A DNA stretch of 64,000 bases, from the NCBI GenBank assembly GCA_002633005.1, contig NMRA01000042.1, positions 432,838-496,837 of the forward strand, in the 5' to 3' direction. A program made the translations under genes and the position numbers. Position 1 is the stretch's first letter; every line of letters starts with the position of its first letter. Source of the DNA: Phoronis australis (taxonomy: Eukaryota > Animalia > Phoronida). Below are positions 10,661-22,370 of this stretch, one piece after another. The notes under the pieces were generated by a model, which had not been told where the DNA came from, did no database searches, and worked only from the letters and a program-made list of their open reading frames with translations.

Positions 10661-13600
10661 CTGTAACAAAAGAAACGTCATTAAACTAGCCGTGTGGGAA
10701 TGTAACTTAAAGAAGTTGTACATGTAAATGAACGGACTATTTACGATGAAAATCACATCATGATGAGTGTACCACAAAGTGTCTGTGCTCGTTCTTCTAA
10801 GAACGCCGGAGCACCTGACGAAGGCCGGAGAATAGACCGACCGAAACGTCGTGACAATGTAAATAGACAAGAGGTTGGTGTAAATAGACCAAGAGATTTT
10901 AATAATAGTTGCTTACCCTTGTTTGCATGCTTTTGCGTAGTTTTTCATAAAAAGCACGAGAGTTGGCTGAAATTGACGCGGGTTGGCGTTTTTTTAGTGA
11001 GTCGGAGTACAAACCAGAATCAATGATGCTGTTTTAGCCTTATCGTAACTTTCTGATAAAGCACATGCTAGGGGTTTTGGACATCAGCAATTTCCAACAA
11101 CACTCTTGATGGAAAAAAAGACTTTTTCTGAGAGCCAGTCAATTCGTGGCTTTGCAGTCCTGTGAATGCTTGTTACGTTGACTCCAACTTTCAGATGCGA
11201 ATAAGTGCGAAATGAATTCAGTAATTTTTTCCCTCAGTTTTCAAAATGATACCATCTTATTTGGTTGCAGTGAGAATATGTGTCAAACCTCGCTTTTAAA
11301 AACTTAACAAAAGCCAGCGTTCGTACCTCAGGACTTACAATAAGCGTTAAAATGGTTTCAGTGAGCTTACCTATCATGGCATAACTTCACAGACAAATAA
11401 CATTCACGTTTGGGTTAAAGACTCGTGAAGGTTCAAACTTTTCGCTACTCACTTACCTTGGAAAATATACCTTGATTTGAAAGGATCGGCTGTCTTGGCC
11501 TTTTCAACTTTTTTGCCCTTTTCACCATTGTTGACTGCCGCTGCATTAACAATGGAGCTTATCTTAATGAATTACCGACTCCAAACATGTCTATATCACT
11601 TACAATTGCGAACATAAACCCGCCTCCCGTTCAGTAACGCTAGGACCTCGCTGAAAAGCAAGACTTCGCGAGATTACGTGAGATATTACCGTATATTTTA
11701 AATGAGAACACGTGACTTTGACTAGGTTTTAGCTAGGTCCTAGCGTAGGTCCTAGCGTCTACTGAACGCACGCCCGCATTCCGTCTAATCTCGCCATAAC
11801 GGCCTAGTCTGTCAGTTCTCTATAGCCATAACGGTCTACCAGTACTATGAAGCCATCACGGTCAGTCAGTTCTCTATAGCCATAACGGTCTGTCAGATCT
11901 CTATAGCCATAACGGTCTGTCAGTTCTCTAGAAGCCTGCGAATCGCCTCCAAGTGCCACTAAGGAACATTTTGAGAAAATGTCAAAACTGAAAGTGGTCT
12001 AAATCCAAAGTTAGCCAGTTTCTTATGGAAGGCGGGTTGCGGCCGTTTTAAGAGGCGAAATTGTCAAAGTTTTGAAATTTACTAGGATTTTTTCATAAAA
12101 GCTGCAAATAACCAAACATGGTACACTCACATTCCTAATGAGATTTTCTAGATTGATTTGAATCTTCATTAGTCAATTTATTGCCCGAAGACATGCAAAT
12201 ACAAAACTCGACTCACCAGGAAGATCGATAAGAACAGCGTGGTCACCTTCTTCTTTAATCTTCTGAACGACCCGGTTTATGGCCTGCTGAAGCACGGTCT
12301 CTTCTTCTGGAATAGTAACTTTGACAAACTAACCAACACAATGTAAAAGTAATACACGACGGAGGAACACTTAAAACAGGTCTCGTAAAATGCTTGCGCA
12401 GGCTGCTTTATCCAATATATTTTTGTGAATACTGTGTCCAGCTAGAGATCATGTCGTAAAATATGACGAGTCCAACAACGTTTGAATGTTTTATGCAGCT
12501 TTTAACGACTGTTCTGTCTTCTGTTCAGACGTCCCATATGCTTAAACAGCTCATCATCTAAAAGTGGTTTTAATAAAAAGTGCACCATTTCCCATGAATT
12601 CTTTGTAACTACATGTTGCAACACATTCGCGGATCCACGACCATGACAAGGAATTCTTTGTAACTACATGTTGCAACACATTCGCGGATCCACAACCATG
12701 ACAAGGAAGGGGAATAGCAATAGATTGACAAAGGAAGCACTTTATATTCCTTCAATGGAACAATACAAAATAGCCTGAGCGGGGCTGTCAGACCCGCTGG
12801 ACCCCCCTCTGGATAGGCACCTACAACATCGTTAAGTGTGAGGAATGTCAGAAGCTGACCTCTCAGGAGTTTCATCTCCATACTCTGCAGTTTTTCAAGG
12901 ACAGAACTAAGCATGTGCGTATCCTTCACTTTCTCCGCTCCTAGAACAAAAAGATATTTACATTGGTCTTGTGCATATCACAAAATTCGCACTGAGACAG
13001 ACCTTTGAGAAGAGTTTGAAATGTAATTTGAAAAGGCATTCGACGAATTCCCATGCGTTATGGAATACCTCACAAAATGACCAGTGTCGCCACAATACTT
13101 GACCAGGACTTTCGGTGTATAATCATTGATGAGAATAATATTCTGTGAAATCGTTTTCCTATCAGATGCTGTCGCAACAGATAAACTGAACTAGTAAGTC
13201 GTTAGTCGAGTGAACTCAAGATTTGTTGTAACTGGTGACTTTGTTAAGTGGCTGGTGGATCCAGAATGCCGTAAGGAGAAGGAGCCCAACCATTATTTCC
13301 AAGGAAAATGCCTGCGTTGACCCTAAAAGGGGCATGTCGACGATGTTTTTGGACATATCCGCAGGTGGGTCTCATGAGTCCCCCTAAATCCGCCTATGCA
13401 TGTGGACCAATATATGCCTGTTGAAAGGCTCTTTTGATGGCATTCAGATCAACATAATAGACTTTGTCAACGTCTCCACAAAGACTGGGCTTCATGTAAG
13501 AAGCATTGAAGGATCTTCGCACAAATAGATTTGTACGCCGTGGATTTGATAAAGGAGTAGGCAACAATTTGTAATGCCATTTTTAGCTAAATTGCCACCG

Positions 13601-16600
13601 ATCAGTTTTCAACCCCGGGGGTTCTAATTAATTATGTATGCGTCACTGAGGAAGGAACGTTCGCGGTCCGCTCAGTAGCATTGGTTGTACGACTACCTAT
13701 TGTGGAGATATCTCAGTTGAATATCATGGGCGGCGCACCATAAGTGCTGCGCCGCCCTTAAATATAGGCCTATATTACTTAAAATACCTTCGACGAGTAT
13801 TCTCGGACGACCCTAGAACTCGGTGAAATGAGATTTGACCATTTCTTGACGGGAAATGGCTGGGGTCGATGACCATAAAAACACGGATCACTTCCACGGT
13901 GAAGCAGTACTGGTTGCTGACCATGTGCGCTGCGATGACAGTTCAGACTTGCAAGTGATACCAACTTCATCACCTCGAAGTCTTTGTACAGTAGCTCCTG
14001 CTCGTCAAACTTCACATTTCTCCCAGCAGGTAGCCGCGGAGAAGAGAAGGGAAATGTCGTGTATGACATCCACTTCAGAACAAGACTACTGAGCAGACCC
14101 CTTCATGATTTCTGTGGATGTGTCCTTTCCGTAATCTTACCGTTTAAGAAATGTTTGAAGGTGGCATGGACGTGCAGCACTGCATTCTTGACACTAATGA
14201 GCCAATGAACCCTAACAAATCTTGTCATCCATTGAAAATTGGTGAAACGCCTTCCTATACTCTTCGCCAGATTCCTATATCCCGGAAATAACAACTCAGA
14301 TATAGGCAAATAAATGTCTAAATTATTAGAAGCTGACGTGCGCAATGACGCATCCGAGTGTCAAACAAAGTCCGTAGAGTAAACAACGACGGCGAGGAAT
14401 GATCGGACCGCGAACATCGCTTCCTGAGTGACGCACGCATAATTAATGAAAACTTAGAGAAATATTATTTAAGTACTAAATTATTTTATGTAAGCTATAC
14501 TGCTTCATCCTCATTATCATATTGTTTGGATTCTCGGGTCAGTGACCCTCTTTGTTCTACGATTATTGGTTTAATTGTACCACGTGATCTCTTTGTCTTG
14601 TCGCAACACTGGGCCATCGTCCATAATTCTCTCCAAATTTCAGTTTTCAGTGAATTTCTCTTTATGGACGCATACAAGGATTATTATTCCAATATATTGA
14701 GTATTCTCGATATTTTTACGCTCTGTAGACTAAGTACACTAATTTTTGTACTCACCATCCTCTTTCCCGCCATCGTTTATGCTGTTGTTACCAGCTAAAA
14801 TTGAGAATTGTAAAAGCTTGATTGATCAACAGGCTGCCCATAAGGACACCAGAGTGATACTTAAACGACCTAAACATATAAGGCTTCAAATGAAAGTAAA
14901 ATCAAATACACAGAAAGCATTCTCCAAAAATAAACCATTGTGATAAAAATCACCAGCATATAAAGTTCATTGTCATGTGGGTAGAAAGACGAGTGATCTC
15001 CTCAATCATACTACGGACGATCTCAAAGTTTTCAGATTTTTTTAAGAATTCAGAATTATCAGTAAATATTGGGAGCAATCTACGTGAGTCGAGGGTTCAT
15101 TTTATATTGACTAGTACATATTCCATCGTTTGTTTCACAGGTATTACAACTACCAAAGGTAACATTTCGATTTGCAAGTTGCATCCTACGAGGTTTCTAC
15201 CTATAGCCTCGTGTCTGTGATCATTTATTTACAGATCGGTTACGTGTCCGAATAAGGCCATCGAGATCTTTTAATAGATTTAAATCGCACATTAGTGAAT
15301 TTTATCTTTAATCATCCGTATGGAATAAAGGTGCGTTTTACATTTGATTTTACGGGGTATATTTATAACATTCCTGGATAAGACGTTGTAAATGCACATG
15401 TGATAATATTACCATGCCTATACATTTAAATGATGTATGTTATATTTTGCTGGGCCAATACAATTTAACGAAATTCTGCTTAAAATTTGTTCCAGTCTAT
15501 CCCTATCTAGGCGAAATTGAACAGTTGCCAGTAAAAACAAAAATGTTTATATACATATTAGGAATTATCTTCACGTACATTTACATAAATATTTACAAAC
15601 AAAAATTTCGGTTAGAATTTAAACGATCGTCAGTGCTGACACACAGAAACATGGGAGTACGGTACTGAGTGTGACGTTGATGTTGTAACATCCCACTCGA
15701 CATTATTCCGTGGAATAAAGTTTCGTGAGATATTACTTCATCTACGCCAATCGAGGTACGTTTTGTATTTATCCCATACGCATCAAATTCTTAGGTTTCT
15801 TTCATTTTTTCGCAAGATTTTTCAAATACTTCTCTCAGACTGTTCACGTGGCGGATCACATCTTATTTGTATGTACTTGCGCGTCAGGGTGCAAGCTTTC
15901 TCTAGTAAAAGAAACGGTTTTAAATGTAACGATTTATTACTTGAAAAATGTAACAAAGATGAAAACAACGGTAACTGTGCATTGAACTTGTAACATCTCC
16001 TGAAAATAGTTAAATAATAACAATATTTCAAATTCTAGTTACCGAGGAATCCGGCGGCGCCTGTGTTGCAGACGACATATTTAGCAATTGAAAACAGAAC
16101 TGTCATTTAATTAACAGTCCTGTTCCGGATGTCACGACTGAGACCTGATTGTATGTTGAGTGTTACCCACACTGTTGCAAATGCATCACTTTTAACTTTT
16201 CCGAAAGTTTGATGATTGAACCGGCTATCGACGTCGAGTCGACATTGACCTACCTTTTGAACTTTCCTTGTCAGAGATCGCTGTTCAAGTAGTGCGGGCG
16301 GTGAATACGGAAAATATTATTAAATGGCCGTATTTCCCTCTACTGATTCAACACGTATGGGTTAGGTTATACAACGTACGTTTTTGTACCAGTGGTACAA
16401 ATATCGAGATTCGTGATATGCAAAAGAAGTTGAACGAGGGCGAATTAAGCGTTGAATACGGAAAAGTAGTTCTTCCATATGATATCTCACAATACGACCC
16501 GTATTTCATGGCCATACTATCACGCGTATAGCATAAAAATATTAAACGTCTGTACAGTCAACACCTCAGAAGGAAGAGAAAAATTTGGGTGAAATGATCA

Positions 16601-19600
16601 GTGGTGAAAATTCAAATTGTTTTTACCGTTATCTGTTGGTTGTCCTTTAGTTTTCGAAGCGGTTTCGTCTCCTACAATACAACACCCATTATTAAGTTAC
16701 AGATGAACTTTGACTTAGGTCACTTTCGACAATAAACATGGACCAGTCATTTTTGTATTGACGTTAGAATCAGAGATAGTATGATGAGGATGCATAAAAC
16801 ATTTGTACTATTAGGCCAAAGTTTGATCAAATTTTGCTAGCAAGTCAGGTTTAATGAGGTCATTTTTGCCTATATCAGGATCGAAAAAGCACCTCAAAAT
16901 TGCCATGTGGACCTAAAATGACGATTGCACCCTCGTCCACTTAGCTCCAGGACTATAACGCAAAACACCGCCGCATATAGAAGCCGGGACACAAAGAACC
17001 CGAAATCCATAAAACGGGACACATGGAACCCGGGAGATAAAACCCCGGACCCAATGAACCAGGGACGCAATGCTACATAAAGAACACTAGTGCGGTTGTG
17101 TTCGTAAGTTGGACTTTAAGTTATCAGCAAGTGATTTATATACTTAGCAAATTTACAAATTATGAAAAATGTCGTTTTTATTAAAATATAATTTCATGAT
17201 GTGTCCTTGATTTTTGTTTGTTAATGCGTACCATTCTTTGTTCCTGGGTGAGAAGAAGTTTCCAATGTAGTATCATCTGCAAAACAAATCACACCTGTAA
17301 TTAAATGCACGATGCTTTTATCACTTGGTAAAGTATTTTTTGTTCACGTTTTAAACATATTTTAACTGACCTGTCGAAGGTGAAACGAAGTTTTCTACAC
17401 GTTTGAAATTATACACCGGCGTCAATATGTTGGTTTTCAAACCACAAATTGTGATAATTACCTAGGTAGGTCGTTTATGTCATTATCACCTTTTTAGTCT
17501 GAAAACTATGATGTTGACCGAGTGTGGAAGTCCTTAATTGTTTTATTAAATGATTAAAACCGTTAAGTTGTTAATAGAAGGAAGTTGGTATTTGATTTTC
17601 CATTGAATGCTGATTACTCGTTCTGTCGGTCGGCTACCAGTTTTCACCCAAAACGTAGAAAGATTTTGAAACACTTCCTTGACATGCACGGAATGGTCGA
17701 TTGTATGTTGGGAAAGACATCACCCTTTGGGGTGACACAGCGGTCGTTTTTAACGCAAATCAATAAAATATTCTACGCGAACGCAAGTTGGATGTGAGCA
17801 CGCTCATTGTGCACCCGCTAATGGTCGCGCAAATGACGTGTAAAGTGAATGTACATCTTAGGGTTTGAAAGCATTTGTACAAGAGCGTGATGTTGGGAAC
17901 TGCATTCCCTTGCTGGAGGTATGCAATCACCTGGTGGCATGTAATTAACGCTTATTTAAAAACTTCGAAATCCGGGCGACATAAAAAAGCTTAAAAGGCT
18001 TTGATTTCTTTGTCTTGGTAAAGCCGAGACTTGCGAAGTGAAAGAGACTGGGTTCGAATCATTGATTTAACCAACTTACCGTCGGCCTACTGCTGCCATA
18101 TCATATCGAGAATTCATTTTTAAAATGAATTCTCGATCTCGTTACCAATTAAAATTGGTAACGAGATCGAAGGACGAGTTGGCACATCCCAAGATGAAAT
18201 GAAGTGGAAAAAGGAAATCATAGTAATATTTATTCCTTTGTATGTGGGATAACCTATTTATCCCATATAGTTATACGAACTTATTTGCATCGCGGCGATA
18301 TCTTGCTGCCATGTGTTTTGACTTGTTGTTATGTGACGTCATTCATATGCCAAGAGTGCCCGCGCTGGTTCAGCGACAGGATTGTCTGTTATGTTGAATA
18401 ATTAGTAAGAATTTTCAGTTTTGTGAAATAAACAAGTTAAAAACGATGAATCATTCAATAATATTAAAAAGGACACCAAACCCGGTTTTTTCCTATTAAC
18501 AGATACCAAAAGTGACTTTACCATCCAGTTCTCTGAAACAAAATAATGCTATGTAACCCTCGAAAACCCTCAACAAATTGACAAAAAAAAATGAAAATTC
18601 TTTTGAAAGTTTGCTAAACGAGCAAACGTGACCTACGCTTTTAGCGAATTACATGGCAACTGTTGGAAAAGATAACCCACCAAGGACTACAATGTCCAAT
18701 CTGTGACATATGGAATAAGAGTTTTTGGTTGTTTCCTGCCTTTAAATTGGAAGATTGATTCTACTGATCTTCGAAAACGCTATCAACAAAAACAAAATAT
18801 TCTTAAAGTTACAAACGGGGGAACGCGACAGTATCTTGATAGGGATGCTGGCATGAATTAGGGTACCTACCCATTTCGAGAGTGAATAAAAAAGGACCCA
18901 TTTGCACACAGCGATTCTGTCTTAGAGTTGGGTTCCAAAAGCACGGCTTTTTGTAGGGATTAATTTCATGAATCCAACCCCTTCGGGAAGTCACACAACA
19001 CATCATGTATAATACCTCTTCGTGGAAATATCACCTCGGCAAGTCACACAACACATCCGAAAAGTACAATTCAGTATTTTAAATTTAAATTTCCAACTTT
19101 TTGTCATTATGGTAGCTAACTGCTTTATGAACATTACAATGAAACAGCTTTGATTTAGAAATGATCAGTGGTGAAAATTCAAATTGTTTTTACCGTTATC
19201 TGTTGGTTGTCCTTTAGTTTTCGTAACGGTATCGTCTCCTACAATACAACACCCATTATTAAGTTACAGATGAACTTTGACGTAGGTCACTTTCAATAAT
19301 AAACATGGACCAGTCATTTTTGTATTGATGTTAGAATCAGAGATAGCATTAGTGCTAGATACATGTTCCAGTTTAACAAAAATACTGCTTCGTATAACGT
19401 TCCCTTAAGTGTTCGTCTGACACATACGCCATTAATCCGTGTCAGGCTTCTTACTTGTAAGCCGAATTTATTATTTTGGACATGCCGTCATCTATGTGTC
19501 CTTATCTTCATCAGTTCACGTTATAATTCAATACATTACTTTATGCTATTTTATATTATATCACTCATTACATTATAAAACATCATAATTTTTTACATTT

Positions 19601-22370
19601 CATTTGACTTGTACTCACCCTCGGTGCTTTTCGCTGAAACGTTTATAAAAAGAGCGACTACTGCAACGTAAACAACCAATTTCATGTCTATCTCTGGTTG
19701 TTGGCCCGTAACAGTCTGTTAGCATGGAGCAGTCACATTTAAAAGCGTTCACATTTCTGTCACTTGGTGCACGATGCAAAAATGCTGGTTTAATTAACTG
19801 TCTATCCTTCTGGGCATGTCACGGATTATCATTTGCCGTTAAGAGGTACTATTTTAAGTGTTCCAAAACACCTGTTCGAGTTTTTCTACATAGACAATGG
19901 TGAAATTTGTTGTTTGGCTAGTCAAAGTATCAGAATTGACTTTTCAATGCTAATAGGGTTGTGGAGTACATGTGTCTGTACTAGATGAACCCATAGATTA
20001 TAGACGTACGATGAACCTTACTAGCGCACAGATGACTCAGTTTCAGTTGTTCTGGTATCACTAACACTGAATGACACGTGACGTAAATCTCACTCCAACA
20101 CGATTTCTGGTACAAGAAATATCGTGTGAATTTCAAACTTATTGTCCTGTGAAAGTTTATTAAAGGTAAGTGCTACCTTTTGAAGCCCTTTGGTCAATTT
20201 GGCATATTTTATTTGCTATAAGAGGCATTATACAGGGGCGGATAAAACATTTTGAGTCAGGGGGGCCAGGGCACAGGAATAACCAGAATTTTGCCTCATA
20301 CGCGCGCCCAGCCTAAAATGTAGGGATGTTGAAGGTATCGAATTTTTGGGTTTGTGGACCTTATTACGAAAAAATGGGGTTTGTTCAAGGCCTATGCATT
20401 GTGCATTCACCCCGAGCCCCCATGGGTACGCGCAAATGCTAGCCAGCAATTCGTACCCCGGACTGCCAAATGGAATTTTAGCGGGGCCATGGTCTCCTTG
20501 CCCCCATCCTCCAAATCCGCCACTGTTATAAGCCTTTTAAGCCAGTGTCTCTAGGATGAAATTAATAAAAATAGTAGTTCCGGTAACGTGAACTTGGCAA
20601 GACACTCGCGCAACATTTGCGGCAAGGAATCCTCGCTTATGGAAAGAAAACATTAGATTCTATATCTCATTGTCCACCATTCGAACTTCACCGGTCAATT
20701 ACTTCAGTCGCTGCCGTTTTGCTTGAGTAGGCTTAGTGCGCTACAAGTACGCTCCCGACCACGGGCCTACCCGCGAAACATTTACCATTCACTTGCTCCA
20801 TTTTGCGTAATCTTACGTGATCTTGCGTCTACCGAACGCCCCTCTCATTCAAAAAAGATATATTTCTTTGTTTTTATGTTCTGATAAAAGTGTTCTATAG
20901 CCGAGACGTTCGCAGATTTTCTGTCCCAAACCAGTTGCATATTATAACAATTTGACTTTGACTTGAGCAATGACGTCAGAAACAGACACTAAAGGTAAAA
21001 CAACAGCGAATCAGCCAGTCGGACACACACCGTCCGCGTTGCATCACAACTTGCTCGCAGCGTCAGACTTGGTGACTTAAAGAGTTGACAATATTGTTTT
21101 TATAAAAATCTACTAAAAGGTTCAAAATATCATTCACAGTAAGCAAAACATACCAAACTGATGAAAAAACCGCATTCCTTTTAAAGCCGAAGGAAAATTG
21201 ATAAAATGTTCAGCAGTAGCGTTTCACTCTAGGCTTGAATGTAAATTGAATTAAACCAAATATGTATTTTCAACAAGATTGGACTCCAACCATACCATGG
21301 TCTTTAACTGTACCTCACACGAGTCACGCTGGACCTCTATCTTAGCATGTTGTTGTTGAACACTGTTACCGGTCGACGTCATACGCAGTGTACTGGCAAT
21401 GAGTGACCGAGGAATCAGTCATTATTCCCATTGGTATCGGAATTATGGTATGCAATTGTTCCAAATTTCTCCAAACGCCTTTTACTGCACCCAGAAATTA
21501 AATAGATTGATAAAAAACGAAGCTTAACAAATATCTACTGCAGGATTTCGCATGCCCAACTCGACCCACAACCACGGTAATCTCATGCCCGGGTCCTGTC
21601 GATTCTGCAGCCATCTGGATTAAGCGAACACATACCCGTACTCGTTCCTTCATTGTCAATTTCGTTGTCGTCGCTTTCGTCTGACAATTCCCACTGCTCG
21701 ACACTGAAACCGCCCAAGCTTCTCGTAAAAATCGGACAGTGTCCTTCGTTGTTGGCTTAAGAAGAACTGATAAACTTTGCGTATTTCATCACAATGGAGA
21801 CATTGGTTAGGTGGAAATATACATACACGTAGCTGCTCCAATGTTGATTAATTTGTGCCGTGGTTTGACTTGCCAAATCAACAATATAACGTCCGAAAAT
21901 TATGTTTGTGTTATTTTTATTGCCTAAATGAATTACTGAAAAATATCTGATTGTACCGGAAACTTAACCGAGCTTCGTGTGCAAAGTGGGACTGTGATAG
22001 TGATCCTGACCTAATCCGGTTCAAAGTTCAACTCTTTTGGAATCCAGATTGTCGTTCAATGAAAAACGGACACGTAAAGAGACTAAAACTTGGTAACTAG
22101 CTGCCGTATACCTCATTAACAAAGTTAATGCTTAAAATATTGGAATGGGGTCTGTTGAAATTCACGTATTTCAAATTTATGAAGCTGCAAAGCCAATACA
22201 TAGACTGACTTAAACACTGACAGCACAAAAAGTTGTTATCGTTTAGCAATACTTTGGCTGAAGCTTTCACTTCCGTTTGGCCTGTTCACAAGAAGTAGAA
22301 AATCTATAACTAATTACTTACGAGGCTCCATTCTTCACACCGGAAGTTGGCCTCGCTGATACTGTTGACT
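9852..22370 (-). CDS. Novel Asp/Glu/Asn-rich, probably secreted protein A (multi-exon, N-terminal exon unresolved)
   Basis: Predicted exons (minus): 22322-22370, 21636-21703, 19619-19633, 17232-17276, 16254-16280, 14756-14794, 12860-12940, 12217-12318, 11457-11540, 9852-10660. All have AG/GT boundaries and compatible phases, giving STVSARPTSGVKNGAS-VEQWELSDESDDNEIDNEGTST-AKSTE-DDTTLETSSHPGTKN-AISDKESSK-AGNNSINDGGKED-GAEKVKDTHMLSSVLEKLQSMEMKLLR-VTIPEEETVLQQAINRVVQKIKEEGDHAVLIDLP-AAVNNGEKGKKVEKAKTADPFKSRYIFQ-EPEEKDPWKAVLGKLNGGMGDDFDDD...KYGKTYSRHYKTKKYHGH*. AATAAA (minus) at 9684-9689. Confidence 0.68.
11457..11540 (-). CDS. Acidic protein A internal exon (phase 1-1, 84 nt)
   Basis: aatgcag|CGGCAGTC...TTCCAAG|gtaagt; AVNNGEKGKKVEKAKTADPFKSRYIFQ. 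Confidence 0.72.
11628..11776. mobile_element. Small MITE-like inverted repeat element
   Basis: CGTTCAGTAACGCTAGGACC ... GGTCCTAGCGTCTACTGAACG imperfect inverted termini; similar architecture at about 34390-34530. Confidence 0.45.
11793..11935. repeat. Minisatellite, about 27-bp unit, about 5 copies
   Basis: GCCATAACGGTCTGTCAGTTCTCTATA repeated. Confidence 0.85.
12217..12318 (-). CDS. Acidic protein A internal exon (acceptor ambiguous: 12318 or 12328)
   Basis: Strong donor CTTCCTG|gtgagt; open amphipathic frame TIPEEETVLQQAINRVVQKIKEEGDHAVLIDLP. The AAG acceptor at 12319 keeps phase 1. Confidence 0.62.
12596..12705. repeat. 55-bp tandem duplication
   Basis: GAATTCTTTGTAACTACATGTTGCAACACATTCGCGGATCCAC(G/A)ACCATGACAAG x2. 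Confidence 0.9.
12860..12940 (-). CDS. Acidic protein A internal exon, apparently homologous to gene B exon 3
   Basis: tttttgttctag|GAGCGGAG...CTGAGAG|gtcagc; AEKVKDTHMLSSVLEKLQSMEMKLLR. Confidence 0.68.
13627..14447. mobile_element. Unclassified non-autonomous DNA element with about 48-bp TIRs
   Basis: ATTAATTATGTATGCGTCACTGAGGAAGGAACGTTCGCGGTCCGCTCA and its imperfect reverse complement at 14400-14447. Confidence 0.72.
13725..13760. mobile_element. 36-bp minimal MITE with 5-bp TSD, nested in the previous element
   Basis: AATAT|CATGGGCGGCGCA-ccataagtgc-TGCGCCGCCCTTA|AATAT; same termini as MITE 43593-43734. Confidence 0.62.
14756..14794 (-). CDS. Acidic protein A microexon (39 nt, phase 1-1)
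   Basis: attttag|CTGGTAAC...GAGGATG|gtgagt. Confidence 0.6.
15690..15845. repeat. Dispersed repeat fragment; inverted copy at about 37000-37140
   Basis: TTCATCTACGCCAATCGAGGTACGTTTTGTATTTAT...CTCAGACTG matches the reverse complement of 37000-37110. Confidence 0.7.
16254..16280 (-). CDS. Acidic protein A microexon (27 nt, phase 1-1)
   Basis: ttgaacag|CGATCTCTGACAAGGAAAGTTCAAAAG|gtaggt. Confidence 0.52.
16590..16779. repeat. About 190-bp direct repeat, copy 1
   Basis: GAAATGATCAGTGGTGAAAATTC...GTTAGAATCAGAGATAG; near-identical copy at 19157-19346. Confidence 0.9.
17232..17276 (-). CDS. Acidic protein A microexon (45 nt, phase 1-1)
   Basis: ttgttttgcag|ATGATACT...AAGAATG|gtacgc. Confidence 0.58.
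19157..19346. repeat. About 190-bp direct repeat, copy 2
   Basis: Differs from 16590-16779 at only a handful of positions. Confidence 0.9.
19619..19633 (-). CDS. Acidic protein A microexon (15 nt, phase 1-1)
   Basis: gtttcag|CGAAAAGCACCGAGG|gtgagt. Confidence 0.5.
20233..20525. mobile_element. MITE with CAGGGGCGGAT termini and 5-bp TSD
   Basis: TTATA|CAGGGGCGGATAA...AAATCCGCCACTG|TTATA; degenerate relatives at about 13250-13398 and 24653-24796. Confidence 0.78.
21636..21703 (-). CDS. Acidic protein A exon (phase 2-1)
   Basis: gtttcag|TGTCGAGCAG...AGTACGG|gtatgt; VEQWELSDESDDNEIDNEGTST. Confidence 0.65.
22322..22370 (-). CDS. Acidic protein A exon (phase 1-2) carrying the likely signal cleavage VSA-RPT
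   Basis: atctcag|AGTCAACA...GGAGCCTC|gtaagt; STVSARPTSGVKNGAS; ARPT is shared with gene B exon 2. Confidence 0.6.

Noticed and set aside
13779-14069. ORF as a possible exon of gene A
   Set aside because: It lies inside a TIR-bounded element, has no valid AG acceptor at the pyrimidine tract (CGG) and has incompatible phase.
18522-18532. Extra microexon of gene A (tttcag|AGAACTGGATG|gtaaag)
   Set aside because: 11 nt breaks the frame unless an unusual GAG acceptor (9 nt) is used. Left out of the model.
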